64,000 nucleotides of DNA, taken from NCBI GenBank assembly GCA_964634905.1, contig CAZWJO010000001.1, forward strand, positions 4,479 through 68,478. Reading direction: 5' to 3'. Source of the DNA: an uncultured Sangeribacter sp. GTDB lineage: Bacteria > Bacteroidota > Bacteroidia > Bacteroidales > Muribaculaceae. The notes beneath the pieces were generated by a model. That model saw only the letters and a program-made list of their open reading frames with translations, did not search any database and was not told the DNA's origin. Positions 61,219 to 64,000 of this stretch are shown in pieces. Both the position numbers and the translations under genes were made by a program. Numbering within the stretch: position 1 is the first letter of the stretch; every line of letters starts with the position of its first letter.

Positions 61219-62184
61219 ATGGAAACAGATAAGATCAAAAAAGATATGATGGAGTTGTGGAAAGAGACCTTCCATGACTCCTTTCATTATATAAGACTCG
61301 TTTTTGACACTTATTTCACCCCGGATAATGCTTTTACTGTCTACGACGGAGAAAAACTTATAGCCGCTTTATTAGGAGTGGAATATGAATTCTATGTCCT
61401 CAATGAGAATAATCAGACTATTAGTTTGAAGGGATTATATTTATGTGGCCTTGCAACTCATCCGGAATATAGGAAAAGGGGAATAATGGCTAAGCTGATG
61501 AACGAAGCTGAAATTTCTGCCAAGTCAAGAGGATTCTCAATATCATTTCTCATTCCTGCTGATTCTCATCTTAGGGAGTATTATTGCAAAAAAGGATATG
61601 AGACTACTTCATTCAGGCTAATCAAACAGATCTCCAGGACTTGCTTTGACAACAAGAGTAAAATGAATATTTATACATTTCGGTACTTCTTCGATGAAGG
61701 AAATTATGATTTTTTGAACGAACTGGCACAATGGTGCAGAGAGAGAGAAAAGCCAAATTTAACGTATGTGTCACTCAAGCATTCGAGGAAGGATTTCGTC
61801 ACGATTATGTTAGAAAATGAGAATTCATTTTTTTTGACCGAGCCATCATTCGATCCAAAATATCCGATTCTCGCAAAAGTGAGGGCAGTGGTGTTTCCGG
61901 CAGAGGTAGATGAAAAGAATCATCGATGGAGAATAGTGGGAATCTTCCTTAGAGATGTTGAAGAGTTTTTTAGTGAAAAGGAGGAAGATTTTAGGTTTTC
62001 CTCAGAGATCTTTTCAGCTATTCAGAGCCTCCATTCAGAATGTAAACTTGAACTTTGTCTATCATATATAGGAACCCTAAGAGGTGAAGTTGAGCCCTAC
62101 GCAATGGTCAAGTTTTTAGATAGAGATGAAATAAGTGATAATTTTGAGAATCTTCCTTTCAATATTTCTTTAATGTTGGATTGA
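61219..62184 (+). CDS. GNAT family acetyltransferase
   Basis: LWKETFHD, YLCGLATHPEYRKRGIM, LIPA, YYCKKGY. Confidence 0.88.
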   Translation: METDKIKKDMMELWKETFHDSFHYIRLVFDTYFTPDNAFTVYDGEKLIAALLGVEYEFYVLNENNQTISLKGLYLCGLATHPEYRKRGIMAKLMNEAEISAKSRGFSISFLIPADSHLREYYCKKGYETTSFRLIKQISRTCFDNKSKMNIYTFRYFFDEGNYDFLNELAQWCREREKPNLTYVSLKHSRKDFVTIMLENENSFFLTEPSFDPKYPILAKVRAVVFPAEVDEKNHRWRIVGIFLRDVEEFFSEKEEDFRFSSEIFSAIQSLHSECKLELCLSYIGTLRGEVEPYAMVKFLDRDEISDNFENLPFNISLMLD

Positions 62185-62231
62185 ATTCCTGAAAGAATGA
62201 ATTCTCAAAGCCTTATTCAAATCACAAATTA

Positions 62232-62278
62232 CCCCAAAATGCTTGCATTCAAGCATTTTGGGGCAATTATTTTTTTTT
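62232..62278 (+). terminator. Terminator after the GNAT gene
   Basis: Perfect 14-bp stem CCCCAAAATGCTTG-CATT-CAAGCATTTTGGGG followed by a T-tract. Confidence 0.8.
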
Positions 62279-62434
62279 ATTTTCAAGAGCAATGAGAGAA
62301 TTTGATTAATGAGCCATTCGCACATCATTAAATTGGTCAAATTTTCAGTTTTATCAATGATCGGAGAAAAATAGGGGAGGGGAGGACTGGTCAAAAAGAG
62401 AACTTCATTTATAGTTCAATATACGCAAATTAAA

Positions 62435-62930
62435 AATTTGCAATTTTAATTTTAAAATGCACATTTGCAATTCCAAATACCAAATAAAAGTGACTTGATT
62501 TCAAATTACGAATTTCAAATAGCAAATACTTATATGTCGATTAAGAAAAGGTCTAAATTGCAAATTTACTTTTCAAAACGTTTGCAAATACATTATAAAA
62601 CGAATTAACATTTATTAATATTTATTTTAATTACTCTTTAATCAATAAATTAGCTATAATACTTAATTAACATTTTTAAATTCCTGTATTTTCTTTGCTG
62701 TATTTTATATCTCCTTTTATGACTTTAATAAACTCGCTAAAAGTGGCTTTGATTATCATCTAAATATAGCTAACCTCTATAATTAATTTTAAAAATCAAA
62801 TTTGCAAAACTTAATAGATGGTTCTGTAAGTTGCAATTTGCAATTTTAAAATTTAAATTCAAAAACTCATTTCTAAAATTTGAAATTTGCATTTTTTTTT
62901 GTAACTTTGCAACTCTAAAAATAAATGCAA
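62435..62930. repeat. Two clusters of 7-bp-periodic TTGCAAT-like repeats in AT-rich DNA
   Basis: Eight exact TTGCAA palindromes (62438, 62465, 62558, 62582, 62802, 62831, 62838, 62907). AATTTGCAATTTTAA occurs at both 62435 and 62835. Confidence 0.75.
62902..62909 (+). promoter_or_regulatory. -7 promoter element of the HTH gene
   Basis: TAACTTTG about 30 bp upstream of the ATG at 62942, overlapping a TTGCAA unit. Confidence 0.65.
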
Positions 62931-62941
62931 ATATTGAGATC

Positions 62942-63463
62942 ATGGAGGAAAATTTCGCCACTCGTCTAAAACTCTTTATGGACAGTATTAACGTACAGTC
63001 CTCTCAGTTCGCAGATATGTGCGAAATTCCTCGTCCTTCTTTCTCTCAGCTTCTTTCCGGACGCAACCAAAAGGTAAGTGATACACTTATCAAAAAGATC
63101 CATACTGCTTATCCTGATCTCTCTGTCATGTGGTTGATGTTCGGCGAAGGTCCAATGCTGTCGGTGCCAGATAAAAATAGAAACTCAGGATCTAATCAAA
63201 ATCAAAATCCTCCTGATGATTCTTCAAATTCTAAAGATTTGCTTGGTAATACCCGGGAAAATTCTGAATATTACGCTCAGAATGTCTTAAATCAGCCTCA
63301 AAATCTAACTAATGGTAATATATATCAGCAACTTGAAGAAAACAAGAAAATCCTGGAACTACAGCTTCAAATAGACAAAATGAAAAAAAATCCCCGAAGA
63401 GTGGCTCAGATCACTGTTTACTACGATGATTCTACCTTCGAAACCTTTGTCCCGGCTAAATAG
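62942..63463 (+). CDS. XRE/Cro-C1 helix-turn-helix protein with low-complexity linker and C-terminal beta-hairpin motif
   Basis: RLKLFM...SSQFADMCEIPRPSFSQLLSGRN...WLMFGEGPM; N/Q/S-rich linker; ends RRVAQITVYYDDSTFETFVP. ATG at 62942 (TTG at 62831 lies in the repeat array). Confidence 0.85.
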   Translation: MEENFATRLKLFMDSINVQSSQFADMCEIPRPSFSQLLSGRNQKVSDTLIKKIHTAYPDLSVMWLMFGEGPMLSVPDKNRNSGSNQNQNPPDDSSNSKDLLGNTRENSEYYAQNVLNQPQNLTNGNIYQQLEENKKILELQLQIDKMKKNPRRVAQITVYYDDSTFETFVPAK

Positions 63464-63829
63464 ACCGCTTTCTATTTGGGATGATACCTTCTAATAAGTT
63501 TTTTTGGGCATTTCTCATGAAACGACTACGGGAAATCTTTAAACTTAGAAGACTCTCCATTGCACTGTAAAAAACCTTCTAATATTTTAGAATCTTTGAT
63601 CCTTTGTAAAGACCTTTTTTATATATTAGATTCTCATCGCCTTAACTACCATTTATACTTATATTATATAATGTGAGTATCAATGACTTGGGTCCTCCCC
63701 AAAAAGTTAAGCATTTCCTTTATAAAAAAGAAAAAACAGGGTAAAAATCTAATAATTTTAATAATTTATTATATTTATAAATTTATTCAAATAATTTGTA
63801 TAAGAACTTCTGTGATATCTTACGTATAA

Positions 63830-63857
63830 AATTCATATAATCCGTATTATGTTAAGT
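63830..63857 (+). other. dif: dif site (XerC/XerD recombination site)
   Basis: AATTCATATAA-TCCGTA-TTATGTTAAGT: 11-6-11 architecture. XerD arm matches E. coli TTATGTTAAAT at 10/11; XerC arm ends ATAA. Intergenic and AT-rich. Confidence 0.8.
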
Positions 63858-63927
63858 AGAGTGTTATGAGTTATTTGTGATAATATTTGTTCTTAAGAAA
63901 AAATGTCTCGAGGAATGTTATTATAAT

Positions 63928-64000
63928 ATGGAAGTGACAGAAAATATGATGGAGTTTGTGCGAAAGCACGCTAACGACGATGTAAATGCCTTGCGTCTTA
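63928..64000 (+). CDS. Start of a probable SAM-dependent methyltransferase / THUMP-like protein (3' truncated)
   Basis: MEVTENMMEFVRKHANDDVNALRL resembles the FIxxHxxDDVxxLxL N-terminus of that Bacteroidetes family. Only 24 codons are visible. Confidence 0.45.
   Translation, partial: MEVTENMMEFVRKHANDDVNALRL

Noticed and set aside
62400-62930. Repeats as a CRISPR array
   Set aside because: Units are 6-15 bp, degenerate and not separated by regular unique spacers; there are no cas genes.
62185-62940. AT-rich repeat region as oriC
   Set aside because: I could not find clustered TTATCCACA-type DnaA boxes, a dif site lies about 1 kb away, and gene orientation converges on this region instead of diverging from it.
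219-62961. Numerous short ORFs (60-160 aa) in the ORF track that overlap annotated genes
   Set aside because: They are antisense or alternate-frame shadows of well-supported genes, with no recognisable motifs or independent expression signals.
62942-63463. HTH gene as a prophage repressor
   Set aside because: No S24 peptidase domain, no divergent cro, and no integrase or phage genes nearby.

Overview
Chromosomal core region of a Bacteroidales bacterium. The TAnnTTTG promoters and T9SS-type C-terminal sorting signals support this; a Muribaculaceae-like gut organism is only my inference. About 55 mostly + strand genes cover: iron uptake (feoB); DNA repair and replication (uvrA, uvrD/pcrA, holA, dnaN, recN, radA, nfo); envelope functions (lptB, mlaEF, yajC); rpsF-rpsR-rplI; htpG; methylmalonyl-CoA mutase; etfBA-acyl-CoA dehydrogenase; padR-pspC; and an iorA-iorB-aminotransferase-CoA transferase operon. 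I found no tRNA, rRNA, CRISPR array or transposase. The last 6 kb is the most interesting part. (1) A 1000-aa protein fuses a Schlafen/AlbA_2 nuclease domain directly to a C-terminal WYL-WCX nucleic-acid sensor, a candidate single-gene defence system. (2) A well-formed 28-bp XerCD dif site lies at 63830-63857. (3) Next to dif sits an XRE-HTH gene with no peptidase domain, preceded by arrays of 7-bp TTGCAAT-like units, a candidate terminus-associated DNA-binding system. Other oddities: a long RelA/SpoT homolog with a degenerate synthetase, a NusB with an internal duplication, an LptB with a ~94-aa acidic extension, GTAG-type REP palindromes and a ~185-bp MITE-like element.
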